A stretch of DNA of 55,639 bases, counting the filler, from Porpidia crustulata (lineage: Eukaryota), in assembly GCA_964255105.1 (NCBI GenBank). It is 4 parts of 4 records of this genome, joined end to end, with 100 filler letters (N's around TTAATTAATTAA, not from the genome) between each part and the next. Parts side by side here need not be neighbours in the genome. Positions count along the whole stretch, not along the records: positions 13,968 to 27,806 come from CAXUWE010000409.1; positions 27,907 to 41,726 come from CAXUWE010000410.1; 2 more parts are not named here. The stretch is one strand, 5' to 3'. Positions 22,291 to 35,547 of the stretch are shown piece after piece (the stretch's first letter is position 1; the number at the start of each line of letters is the position of its first letter). A program made the translations under genes and the position numbers. Under the pieces are notes generated by a model that made no database searches, had not been told where the DNA came from, and saw only the letters and a program-made list of their open reading frames with translations.

Positions 22291-25139
22291 TCAAAATTTA
22301 CAACCGAGATTGACTCTTAGTACCTCAAACCAGAATGGTGTATGGAAACAATTTACTCTGGCTTTGTTTGTTACACAGATGAAACTCGATACGATTGCGT
22401 ATTCCCCTTCTGCCGACGTGTAGAGCATGGAAGTGAAAAGGATAAACCATGTGCTACCTTCGCAACCAGATCCAGTCTGTTAGCATTTGTTAATAATCTC
22501 CGCCACATGTGGCTGTAGACGCCGACAGAATTTCCCTCAATTTTTTCCTGTTCCAACCCCTCCTCCAAATAACATCAAACCATACCTGATCCGCCGACAG
22601 ATCTCAGTTTCTCTGCGCTTTTACAAACCCACTCCTTCGCTTGTAATCGTCGCGTGAAGTTCCGCGCAGTCATCTTCGGGACTACGAACGTGATCTTACT
22701 GTATTTGAATTACTCTAAATTAAATCGAGGACTACCTACTGCTTTCTTTACGAACGCGCTCGATACACAGGATTTTTGAAGTATAGTTCATGGCTTAGGT
22801 GGTTGACGTTGATTTGATATTATGAGGTCCATTTTTTAGGGAAGAGTGTCAATGTGCCAGTTGGTATAGACGGCAGGGTTGTTGTGAAGGATGATGGATG
22901 AGTAAAATCTGTTTGGCTGGACTGATCTATTATCTTTGCCCCAGAATACTCTGCAACGTTTGTATTGTTGACGTCCACTCATGATACCTCGTAACATCTG
23001 TGGCCAAACACTATCGCTTTGAACCAGGCTTCGAAGTGATGATACTCGGCCGACTTTACTGTTCATTAACGAGAACACACTTCATCGCGTTTGGTCGTGT
23101 CCACTGCGATGTTGACCGGGAATTCGCAACGACTGTGTTGTCGAGGACTCGGATGGCTGATCTATATCCAAATTTCTTTGAATCAAAATTTTCTTTGTTT
23201 GAAAACACGCATCCGACTGTGCTTGGGCTCGTGGAATACTCGATGAGTAGATTCAAGGTATAGTATGGCGCTCATGTACCCAGCGTGAGGGACGTTGCTA
23301 TAAGACCATATTACCCTAGTGGATATTGAATATACTATGCAGGCTAGTAATGCAATGATCGCTGTCATGGCTGGGACCTAGGTAATTACGGGACCGGCTT
23401 GCGCCACTTGAACCTAACGTTATCCGCAAATGGTTGCTTGAGGCTGGTGATGGATTTTTCTATTCGCAGCCACATTCCGCCGGCAAAGTCGCGAAAATTG
23501 ATATCAATATATAATAAAACGGTTCAGAGGTGCTTGATCATCCTAAAAACATACGAAGCAATGACACGAAAATGCATAATGGAAATTAAAGCACCATGTT
23601 TGATGATTTTCAGATTGAAGCTTTCAAGCATTGAATCGTTGAAGTGTTCGAATATCATGCTATTGAATAACATAATCGACTCCCTCCATCAATAGTCATG
23701 TTGCGCGATCACATATATTCCTCTGTTGGTTGCTATCTGCGCACGCTCCGAGAGACCTCAAGCACTTGATGAATTTAAGTAGGGTTAGTCAGGCAAAAAT
23801 ACCATCGCAACCGATATCTTAAGCCGTGGTAAATAGCTAGATTCTTGTACGGAGATGGCTTGACATTAGTTATTCCAGGGTCTAAGAGTTTTGGCGACTT
23901 TGAAAGCCAAATGATGAGTCGAAAACTGGCTTTGAAATTCATAACATACAATTATATATCTAGAGCCTTGTCAGTCGAGGTGGTAAGTAAGAGACATGTG
24001 GCTGCACAGGCCTCTTGTTCTATGGAGTAGAGGAGCCTGCAGATTGAGACAACAGGTGGGTCAGAGGCGACATTTGCGGTACTTCAGCAATCACTGTCTC
24101 ACCTCAGAGTCTCAGAGCGAGTGTACATTCTCCTCATGACGACGACGGACAACGTAAACCTCGGAGGAAAGCGACGTCAAGGAATAGAGGGATGATAGCA
24201 CAAAGCGCTGTCACGTAGCCGATTTAGAGTCATACAACTCTCGTCACGCGCGCCGATGGTGAGGCTTTATTCGCGTGAGGAAGAGTCATTGCGATCATCC
24301 TGAAAGCATCCTGAAAGCCACAGCCTCACTTCCTGTGCTTCGCGGTCGAAAAGTGGTCAGGTTAGGCAAACCAGTAGTTGTGATAGTTATGTGGCAAACT
24401 GCTGCGCCATGGCCGCTAGCACTTATGAGGTCTAGAGCAGGGGCCGTCAGCCTCGCTCGTGCGCTCGCGCCTCGGGCCGCAGTTGACAACCTCGTCCCAC
24501 TCCTCCAATCAACTCATCTATCCGACAAATGATGAAGGAAGGGACCAGCCAGTGCCCCACAAACTGAGGCTTACACCATCGTCACGACCCAAAAGATGAC
24601 TCTGATTCTTCCTCGGTGATCCTTTAGAGCGAACTTCCATCACACATTGTCACTGCTGAGGGCTGTATTTCTTCGCTCAGCCCCTCGGCTGACAGCCCCA
24701 TCAGCTCCAATTACCACGACATCCCGTCAGTCAAGTTTCTCTCTCTCGCAAACTCAATGGCTTGAGCAGCTCCCTCTCCATAATGATTGTTTGTATGATT
24801 TCGAAGTCCGAGAGCCGCCATGAACGGACGAAGGAATAAGGCTGCGCTTAATACCATTTGCGAAGGGTGTACAAGGGCAGCGGATTATGTGTGGATGATC
24901 TCATGCACACAATAATGGCCCTTTATGAGGCCAGGGGTGGTTGTATATCATCCTGTGCTCCCTTGGTACATTTGGAGGAAAAACCACAAATCCATTGAGC
25001 AATCAGAATCATCGCCACATGCCTGGTATTAAAATATTCATCGACTTCACTGATTGGTCGTTGATAGTCAGAAATCTTCCGATTACCCAGTCACGGCGAT
25101 CAATTGCTTGAAGAGCTAATTCATTGCGGACCACCGCTG

Positions 25140-26974
25140 ATGATGACAACCTTCAACAACTACCGCGGAAGTCTCTCCCACAGAGTGCCGAACAATGGCT
25201 ATCTGCCTCGCAATCAACCGGATCGAGCCTCTGCGTCTATGCACTCTGATGATCCTTCCGAAGACTCTCTGTCCGTTCTGTTCCATGGTAGCTGTCCAAG
25301 ATGCTTTCACCTACATACCGGGTTCCCGCTTACGCTGCCTCGTAACCCGACGGTACATACTCGATTTAGATGTGAGAACTGTGACCATATAATGTTTGGT
25401 ATCGGCAGGACATCCACGCAAACAACGCTTACATCAATGGAATCTTTGGTTATTGGTTACGAAAGTGCGAGGACGCCAGTCCATCATTGCGTCAACCGAC
25501 AGAGCCTTTCTCTAGACCCAGCTGTTGTTTCCGGACCAGATGACCCCTCAGAGCCATTGACTACAATCGCAGAAGTGAATACAACACCAGGACGGAGTAG
25601 GTCTACGTCAAATATACATCCACTGGAGACCCCATCCATTTGGCAAGAAGACCGTCCACCCGCAAGTATGCCTATCTTCGAAGATTCTCCCGAGGAGCGA
25701 ATCGCTGGGCCTGTGCCTGGACCAAGAGATGATCGATATATGGATGCCACGACAGGAAAGACATCAAGGCGTTGGCAGGGCATAGTAACATGGGCAAAGA
25801 AGCGGCTGCTCAACAGATGGTCGAAGTCAAAGACCCAGGAGAAAGCGAAGTAAGTCACCACGACCGCTTGTTCGCAACAAACAGTGACCTGTACAGATCG
25901 GGAGGAAATCACAGTCCAGCTAGTCACCCCCATGATGGTAATGCACGCATGGAGGTTCCAAGTAGTGCGAGCTCCCATCAGCCATCGATCATTGGAATAG
26001 GAGCTTCAGATACGTCGCCGCGGGTACCAGATTTCGCTAGAGATCTTGATGTCATCTCGAACTCACATAGCTCTTCCAACTTAGAAGAATCGATTCTCCC
26101 TGACCCCAACTCTACTGAGGCTGAACTTGCAAGTAGAAGAAAGCTTGAGCGTGTGCAGGCCAAGCGTAGGGAGGGGACCCTGCGAAGACAATTCGCCGAA
26201 AGGCCAAGATGCTTGTGCACCTCTGATTGTCATTGTATGGAGGACAATGGAGATCCAGACATAACGAGCACTGACAGAGGAGGCTCTTCAATTGATATCG
26301 AGGTACTTGATCCTCATTTGGGCCGTTTCTTAGGCCGGGCCCCCTACATTAATGTTCTCGCAGGGTTAGGCACCCTTTTTAACCCGGAGCCGCGACCTTC
26401 TTCCAGCGAAGGAAATTCAAGTACGGTGGCGGAAAGTACAAGGACATCGAGCAGGCTAAGTCAAAGAACTGCAGTAGATGGTGCCGTACCATCTTCGCGA
26501 AGTAGACCAACCTCCGCAGGACGTTCATCTAGTGCGCCCCTAATCCAACGGCGCGACCGTGGTGGCTTTTACCATCCCACACCTAGAGATCTCCGTAGAC
26601 GATCCGAGACCCGAGAAGATCGCCACTCCACAACAGACGGCGAGACTTCTACTTCACGGCCCCCGACCACAGACGACGCTGCCTCCAGCGCATCGAACAG
26701 CATCGATGGCTCTCGTAACTTTCGTGTCCCCAATCACATAGGTGCTAACGACCTCGCAAACCTACCTACCCCAGGGTCGCATGAAATGCCGATAACGCCC
26801 TCCCGTCAGGTATCGGCGGTAGGCGATAGCCAAGAGATAACCCCGAGACCATATAGCTTCGACGGTGCAGGCAACGGGTCCTCAGGATCAGCTCGATCTC
26901 TGTCGGAGACGTTAACAACAGCATTGGAAGAGCTTGTGAACGGTATTTCGGATGATCACAGTGCCGTCCGATGA
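25140..26974 (+). CDS. Hypothetical protein with Cys/His (putative zinc-binding) motifs, 2 exons
   Basis: ORFs 25104..25853 and 25772..26974 are joined in frame by intron 25850..25896 (GTAAGT...TGAC...CAG). Motifs CPRCFHLH...CENCDH and CLCTSDCHC. Confidence 0.7.
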
Positions 26975-27806
26975 AGGTGCTGTGTAAGACTTCACGACAG
27001 AACCAAAGGACGGAATCAGGCCGTCGCTCTTACATGCTTGGTTTTCATCTCTATTGGGTTTCATCTCAGGCTGTTTGGTTGAGTCGCTTCATTAATTTGA
27101 TCTGTTTTTGTATTCTATATAGTCTTGACTCCCACAGCGGTTCTTTGTATTTGTAAGCCTTGTCTTCTGCGCTTATATACCATGTTCAATTATCCGAGTC
27201 TATTCAACTCGGCGTTTCCATATCACTCTTTCAGCGGCATGTCTATCCCGGACTGCCCCATCATTGATACATCTTGCTCTTGGTATTGAGAGTGTTGAGA
27301 TAACAGATTCAGCTTTGAAGAAACTGATATCACATCTTTGCTGTAACTCTGGACGCGACGTATCGGGGATGAAACAGATTCTTTCCGTTTGATATTCTAC
27401 TTGTCGTCATGCTTGCCCAATATTTAAACCACCATCCTACCTGCTTAACGCAACGCTAAATTATAGACACCCAATTTCCGTTTATCTCAACACATGTCTC
27501 CAAACGTCACGTCTCAGGCGTATGCTTTCGAACCCACGCCTTCCTGAACGTACAATCCTCTATCCCTTTCCCTTTGCCAAAAACCCTTCTACATCCACCT
27601 CTCCCAACCAGTAAATGTTTACTCTAAGTACTATTCAAATATATGATACAACCCAAACACACACCCAGAATCCTCTCCCATTTCTTTAATAACTATCATC
27701 CGCAATTCACTCATTCTAACCAATAGTTTTCTCTCCTACGGGAGACACGAACTCGAGCGTGAAAAAAGTGGGTTTTTTTATTAAGCTCGCCCTGGTGGGG
27801 TTGGGG

Positions 27807-27906
27807 NNNNNNNNNNNNNNNNNNNNNNNNNNNNNNNNNNNNNNNNNNNNTTAATTAATTAANNNNNNNNNNNNNNNNNNNNNNNNNNNNNNNNNNNNNN
27901 NNNNNN
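27807..27906. other. Artificial contig spacer
   Basis: N run with TTAATTAATTAA at 27851..27862. Confidence 0.97.
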
Positions 27907-28082
27907 GGAGGGCTGGGACAACTTTTTTTTTAGAAAAGAGGCTTAGGCATGGGAAAGCGTCGGTTGATTGCATGATTAGATGCTCGCACGTAACCGACTG
28001 CCCTACCTTGGCCCCATTTGCGAAAGCTAACCATTTGCGCACCTCACCAAGCAGTACCACCGCAGCCATCGCCTTTTCCGCC

Positions 28083-29461
28083 TCAACTCTCATTCAACAC
28101 GTTCGAAAACGATTCCGCCGCACGCACCGGCTTGTCCTCCCCCATCTTCTCCGACCCCAGCTTCTTCTCGCTGAACACCTTGGCGTACGGATTCAGCCGC
28201 AGCAGCACCTGTTTGTTCTTCAGCGGATTCTTTTTCTGCACGCCCGCGCGCTTGGTCCGGGCTCCACCCTTGGCGGGTCGCACGACGGCCTGGACCTCGG
28301 CGGAGTTAATCAGGCGGCTGATGTCGGCGTTGGCAACGACGTTGGAAGGGAGCAGGAAGTCCTTCTTGAGCGCGGAAGGAGCCGTGGTGGAGCCGTAGAT
28401 GGTGTCGAGGGCGGCGAAGGCGGAGGAGGTCCAGACGATAAAGCGACCGAGGTGGCCGCCGGGCGCGAGCTGGAGGAGGTTGAGGGCAAAGACGGACGAG
28501 GTTTCGACGCCGGGGATGTTGCGGAAAGCGCGGACGAGTTCTTTGCCATCTTTGTCTGGGTCATAGACGATCAATGGGCCACGGCGCTGGCGATGGCGGC
28601 GGCCTCGAAGCTTGCCCTTGCCTGCGCGGAGCTTGCGAGATTTGCTGACTTTGCTGACGTCCGGGCCTGCGCCAACGGCTCGGAGGAGACTTAGGGCTGC
28701 AGAAGTCTTAGCAATGGCAGCACCTTCGAACGCCTTTGACGCAACAACGAGAGGAACTTCAGGGACGGTGGAGATGTGGTGTCCACGCGCTAGAAGAAGG
28801 GATGGGACTGAGGATGCTGCCAAGGCAGATGTGGTGGCGAAACGTCTGCGATAGAATTAGACTCCTGAATCGTCGTGAATCACTACGCGGGCGCCCGCAC
28901 TTTTGGCCAAGGTTGATCTTCTGATGCCATTTCCTCCAGACCTTTGTAGGTGCAAACATCCGGCCAGAGCGACACATGTTGCCAAACGCAGCTTGACCCG
29001 CGCGATGAGTTCCTCCCCCAGAGACACGTGGAATACGGGCAACAGCACGACCTAGCGGAGAAACTTCATTAGCTATCGATTTCTGGCTCAAAATGATCGA
29101 GTCGGGTTCCACAATGTTCGCTACTTCCTCTGAATCCTAAGCGACTTTGCATACATCCGAAACGATAATGTATCAGAATAGTAAAATGGATGAACCCACC
29201 AGTTCCCCATGACTCGGCAGAGGTCTGATGACCGGCTTTCTCGCTCACTGCATACGGCTGTCTCTTATTCTTAGCCATTCCAGAATGGACTGTCCTGTCA
29301 ATTTGTCAACTTCTCCGGATATTTCAAGTTGAGACTCATATTGGGTCTTACTGGACAACATCCGGACGGATTGGCGCTTTGAAGACCGCCGGAAGAGGGT
29401 GAGTCGATCCGCTTGGGCTTCCATCAGCCGAAGTAATGGTGACTGTCGGTCGGGTTGTCAT
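28083..29461 (-). CDS. RPL4: 60S ribosomal protein L4 (uL4)
   Basis: MTTRPTVT...[95 protein letters not shown]. Confidence 0.97.
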
Positions 29462-30174
29462 CGTGAGGCAATCGTGCGCATATGTGCGCCTCGAAGTCGG
29501 GTTGTGGAGGGGACGACTGAAGTTCAATATCTTAGCTCGGCTTTGTGGGAAGCTAAGGGTTCGAAACCCTGGCACTGGCGCTAATTCAGTCTGACCTCAT
29601 TTACGCAGTCTCAGCACCACGAGCGCGTACCGAAAACTCAGCATCCCGTGCAGGTCCATGAACACTGTACACTCCCCGTTACCCATCACGAAAGACAAGA
29701 GGGAAGGCTAGTGTTCTGGATTTCTTGATTTCTCTCAGTATACACTTATCAGTTTGAGTCATAAATCGAGATCATGTTGACTTCCATTTTCATGGCAAAC
29801 TATTTATGTGCCTTAGACCTCTACCCGAGGCTCCACCGGAGTGAGAATACACTATTCAATGTTTCATTGTGCCTTGTTGGTCACCTTCAGCGTTACATAT
29901 CAACATTGAGGTACCAGTGCAGGCGGTCACCCGAAACCGGCTGCCATGGATCACCCTGGCAAGTATCATTTTGTCTTCTTTGGTGCTGCTATACAAGTAT
30001 TAGGTAGATTCGGGTTGCTCACTTTCAAATCTCAACCTGCGGCCTACTACACAAATCTCGGTGTTCCGCTCGTATATTCTACACTTTGTGTACAGACTGC
30101 ATCTCTTACTCTCACAGTCTAAGTCGCTACATTTTCTACGGAAACTTCAAAAAATTTGTCAGGTAATATCGGCG

Positions 30175-33100
30175 ATGATGCAGTGTATCGATAGGTTTAG
30201 AGGGTGGACCCTACCAGAACTCCAGTTCAAAAAGGGAACAGCTAAAGGTATTTAAATTGAAACAATTTATCCAGAGATATCTGACATAGCCGCAGAACGT
30301 ATCAGTCCGGACTGGAAACCGATCACTCTGAGGGCGCCTATACTAATAGTCATTGCATGCTTTAACGTGGCCATGATCGCTGTCCTTGAATGCTTATCAT
30401 TGGTTAGTGATCGACAGGGAGGTATCGCCTTTGCCAAAGATGGATCAAAGTTCTCATATGCTACACAATTTTCATACATGTATCTTCCCGTTATAATAGG
30501 TGTCTTGTACGGTATGCTGTGGAGTTGGGTCGATCTGGATGTGAAGAGACTCGAGCCTTATTTCCAGATGTCAAAAGCAGGAGGAGCGCCTGCCCAAGAC
30601 TCCATACATCTTCATTATCCATTTGACTTTATTGCATGGGCCCCGTTGCGTGCTTTACGAAAACGGTAATACTGGATTCTCTAATTCATCACATATATCC
30701 ATTGACAGCTTTCTCTAGGCACTGGTCAGTAGTACTTGTCAGCATTGCCGTCATGTCGACTTCTTGGGCCATAACTCCACTCCTTGGCGCGGTCTTCGCT
30801 AAATCAAGTACAACGCGAACCATTGCCGTGCAGGCGACAACAACAGCCGAGTTTCTACCTCTTAGTGACCAGGAAGACAGAATTGATATTGGTATACTTT
30901 CCGCCGCCTATGGAATCGTATGGCTAGGTCAGAGTTTGCCCCCCTTCACAACAGCAGCAGGTGCTTTTGCTCCCTTCAAGATCAATTCGAGCCCTCCCTC
31001 GCCCTCTGCAAGCATTTCTTGGACGACCCAGACCGATATGTGCAGTACAACCTTGAAATGCAAGCCCGCAACCATGGCTCCTGCAGTCTCACCTGGCTTT
31101 ACTTTCGATGATGGTGAATGGTGTCACACAAGTGGCATGGAAGTCTTCGAGGGCGACAGCAATTATACCGCTCTGTACGTCGGCTATTATGATAACCCCA
31201 ACACAGACTGGTCGCTTGTTCAGCTTGGATGTCCAATTAGTGCTCTACACACTTTTCTGGCTGTCTGGGCGAGAAACAATGGGTCAAATACAGAGAGCGT
31301 TACTGCAATTTTCTGCCGGCCAGAGTACTGGGTGCAGAGAGTCAACGTCACGGTCAAAGTGCCTGATGCAGTTGTCACAGATGTCATTCCTCTGGAAACA
31401 CCATCATTACTGTCAGATGCCGTCTTCAACGCCTCGGCTTTCGAGTACATCATCGATTCCGGCATCGGATCCAAGCAATCACAAGCTGATGGCCCCCAAC
31501 TTACCTTGATAGATCAAACACCTCGCACACTCAGCATGGGCATCGCGCAGCGAACTTCAAACATGATAGGATTTGCTTTGGGTCTAAGCCGACTGCCACC
31601 GGCGCAGTTCCTCAATCCTACAAATCTTGCCACCAGCTTCGAGAGCGCTCACAAACTAGTTTTTGCACTTGCCGCATCAAGTATTATGACTAGAAATATT
31701 TCATCTCCCGGCTCGCGGTTTGCGACTACTAATGATAGTGTCAGCGCTATTATTGTGATCCGTATCTTAGTCATCGTCATCGAGGTTTTCTTTGGGCTTG
31801 TTACCATTCTCACTTTAGCTATACTCTGGATATCTCGAAGTCGCTCCAGTCAGCTAAAGACCGACCCTGCGTCGCTCGTCGATATACTGAAGATGATAGA
31901 ACACCCCAGTGCTAGTAAGATGGAGAACTCTTGTCGTCGTTCGTGTTGTAGAGACAAGACTAAAGCAGAACTCAAGGACGGAAAGATTCTAATCTCGGCG
32001 AAACGCTTCGATGGTGAGCATATAGATGAGGGAAATAATACTGAGGGTATCAAAAGAAGCTGTAGTGGGCAGCACCTCGCGGAACATAGGCCCGAGTCTA
32101 GACTCGTCCGGCCACGAGAAATGACCTGGACAACAGCTTTCATTTTTATCTCTGTTTTGGCTGTAGCCATTGCTGCCTTGGTCATCCTACAGATCAAAGC
32201 TCGTAAAGGAAATGGCCTGACTCTACAGTCAAAAAAATCCTGCTGTTGTGCACCTGATGCTCAAATATCTCCCAATCGTCTTTGCAAAGCTTCTCGAACC
32301 ATTCTGGATACTACTCAATCGACTTCTTTGTATTCTCAAACCCTTCGAAGAGCTCCGTGAGGGCGAGGCTAAGCTCTCCAAGTCTCTAGCTGTGAAGTAT
32401 ACTACCTTACCACCTCAGCTGGTGATTTTAAGGGCTCTTAAGGCAGGCCATTACTTGCTTGTGGCTGTCTGCGCCATTGGCTTGTCGGGTCACCTACTCA
32501 CCGTCTCACTAGGTGCTCTATTCCAGACCAATATCACCCACATATCATCCGACAGTCTATTTAAAGCAAGCCTTTTGCCTCAAATCAACCAAACAATACC
32601 TCACATCTTCGATGGCGGCTCTGGTATTGGATATTCCGAGCATTTCTGTGTGGAGGAAACAAATATTACTAGTAGAACCCCTCTGCCACCATGGGTGTCG
32701 TCAGATTACATTTTCCTACCCGTTGATATGGAAAATGTATCACGACTTGGAGATGCGCAGTTATTCAAGGTTACAACGCAAGGGTTCGGCGTCGACGTAA
32801 GGTGTACGCAGTTGAATATACCAGGAAGTAACATTACTGTCACGATCGATTTGAGCACAGCAAAGACCAACACTTTATCTTCTCTTGACAAAGTTGCATT
32901 GTTGAACGTACAAGACAATGACGGCCGTAACTTCGGTTGCGTTAGCCGTTCACTTGGAGCAATAACAAACCTTTCTCGGGCAAATCAAAGCATTGAAAGT
33001 GCGGCACAAATTGAAGACGTCTTGATACCACTTAGCCAGAATGCGACAGTCGATCAAGCTACATTTTGCTCCAGCACCTCGCTCATAGGGTTTCTCCGAA

Positions 33101-33942
33101 CTAACGGCAGCGATAGACCGCCCAACTCCAGCCCACGTAAAGAGTCGCAGGGCATCACAGGTGTCTATGCTGAAGCTCTTTGGTTGGGTTGCCGACCTAC
33201 CTTGCAAGTCGCCGAGTTTGAGGTCTCTATTGACCCAAGAGGTTATGTATTGAACTCTACTCGCACTGGTGAATTTGCCACAGATATTTCCTCATTTTTC
33301 GTCGGAAGTATGAATGCGACCGCTCTTTATGCCCAGACCAATGACCTTATAACTGCAAGTAGCATAGCCCTAAGCACAACTGCTCGTTTCTGGCATAACG
33401 ACACTTTCGCCGATACCTGGCCCCCCTACCTCATCAAACTATGCTCAAATTCCACGGACTTGCTTTCTGGCTCCTCTCCACTACCATTGGCAGCGTCTAT
33501 GGCTCCCATAATCGAAGATCTCCATACCCGACTCTTTGCCATCATCCCTGGTCTCAACACAGACATTTTCACTCCCGCTCCACTAGGTACTACTACATTG
33601 GGGACCACCATTGTCTCCTGTACCCGCATTATCATGTCGGAGGCCATGTATATCATTGCTACGACCCTACTGTCCTTGAACATCTTAGTCGCAGTGGCAT
33701 ACTACGTTCGTCGACCGAGACGTCTGCTACCCTACATGCCCATTACCATTGCGAGCGTGCTTGAACTATTCCAAGGTAGTGGTCTGTTGAGTGAGGCCAC
33801 GTCGGCTTGAATTCGGGACTGGGCGGAATGGAAGATTGGGTATGGCAGGTTCGTGGGCACAGATGGAAAACCGCACGTTGGTATCGAGAGGATTCGATTT
33901 GTGGTTCCTTTTGGCACGTCGGGAAACGATGAGTGCCCTTGA
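30175..33942 (+). pseudogene. DUF3433-like multi-pass membrane protein, copy 1, with three reading-frame lesions
   Basis: WKPITLRAP, YLPVIIGVLYGMLWSWVDLDVKRLEPYFQMS, second repeat LLEPFWILLNRLLCILKPF, C-terminal GYGRFVGTDGKPHVGIER. Lesions: in-frame TAA 30253-30255, extra A in the A7 run 32231-32237, in-frame TGA 33808-33810. Intron 30666..30718. Confidence 0.75.
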
Positions 33943-35547
33943 GCCATTTTCCTGGTCCAATTTTCTATTGTATATTCTCCCACACCCACACCCGCATGCT
34001 ACACCGTATAACCCCCGTTTGGAGATGTTAATGTTTATTCCCTATCTACGAGTAATAAGTAGCGACGAATGTACCAGGTCACCGCACAGGCTACCAATCG
34101 TTGTGTATATCCCGACCACAGGTATCCCCCTTTCGAAGATTCAGCACCTGAAAATTTCCACAAGCACGACTTCAGCGCACCCTTTTTCCCGTGGGTTGGC
34201 GTTAGCTATCCATTACTTCAAAGTCTTTGATCCACACCTATCCGATCCATGACCGCCATCACTCCACCTCTCATACTTCAATGCCAGATTCCCGCTCTCT
34301 CTCAACCCATCATCCTCAAACAACCCTTAACGTGCCTTAGCCACATGTTACGTCTCGATCATCCAATCCATTCAACTCATTGGAAAAAGCGGCTTACAGC
34401 GTCGGCGCTAAGGCCTTGAGTGAGGAGGTACGTCAGTTAGAGGTCCTAATACATGATAAAACCGGCACGGAAATGAGCATGTGCAAGGTCATCAGACTAT
34501 TCTGCGGTGGAACTTGGGACCTTCGTAGCCGATCCGTCAAACAAAGAAACCTCTTTGTTCTGAACACGAATCTCGAGCGTCTATTGGTCATTTTGTAATT
34601 GCTAACAACCGACGGACAAGTCTCGCAATACGTCCATGTATACTTACTGCGGAGTGAAGAAGACTCTGTAAAAGGATTTTCATCGGGGAAGTGAAAATGG
34701 GTTTCGGCGCGTTCAGGGCTAATGTCAGGGAACTGTCTATATGCCATTTACAATCAAGACTCTCTCCTTATTTATTTAATGAAGTCCTATAAGAATTCCC
34801 TCCCCAATCCACATAGCAATCATTCATCTACCCCATCAAATCTTCCCTCTCACTCCCCTTCCTCAAAACTCCCTATAACGTACCTAGATCTAGCGCCCCC
34901 GAAGCCAGAAAGTCGCTCCCCTTAGGTACGTTGTCTCTTTCCTAATTCAGGCTTTCACACCCAAGTTCAATCATTCGGTTTACGTTTCAGCACAGGAATC
35001 TTGCAGAAGCGACTGCCAAAGCAACGGTCAAGTGTGCTATGACATAGCCACACATCTAGTTGTGCTTCATTGATCTTATCCTCGTCGGGCGTCGACTGAG
35101 CTAAATTGAACTCAGCTGATTATTTTGGAAACATGACACGGACGAAAAGTTTCCTCCTCCACGACGGGCCAGTCTACGTAGGTTTAGGGCTCGTTAAAGA
35201 AAACCAGCGTCCTTCTTTACTTCATCAATGTACTCTTGCAGCAACGCTCTTGTCCACGGTAATCCAAAACTGTCTTTTATACTCACATCTATGTGGTATG
35301 TTGCTGTCATGTACATTTCTGGTCCATTCATATCGTTCTACTCTTTAGCTGAGGGTGGGCTTGTTGACGTGTGCAAGTATCAATCTAATATCTGGCATTG
35401 GGTGAAATTCTTGGTGCTTTCTTGCAGATTACGCTACTCTGTTATAGTCCGTAAAGTATTAATCTAGGGGATACTCTGCAGACTTTGCCAAAGACCGTTC
35501 TACAAATTGCCAGGAATTGCTAGAAAGTCAAAGCAGTCCCATGAAGT

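Noticed and set aside
27972..28694. Long antisense ORFs over RPL4 (also over MEF2, the LPMO and the ArfGAP)
   Set aside because: Shadow ORFs produced by codon bias of the real genes on the opposite strand.
29052..29199. Longer RPL4 intron as a possible snoRNA host
   Set aside because: No RUGAUGA box C with terminal CUGA, and no convincing H/ACA layout.
29533..29575. tRNA-like A-box (TAGCTCGG) and T-loop (GGGTTCGAAACCC)
   Set aside because: Spacing is too short for a cloverleaf and there is no acceptor or anticodon stem; it lies in the RPL4 promoter.
34433..34747. 104-aa minus-strand ORF between the two pseudogenes
   Set aside because: No recognisable motif or consistent exon structure.
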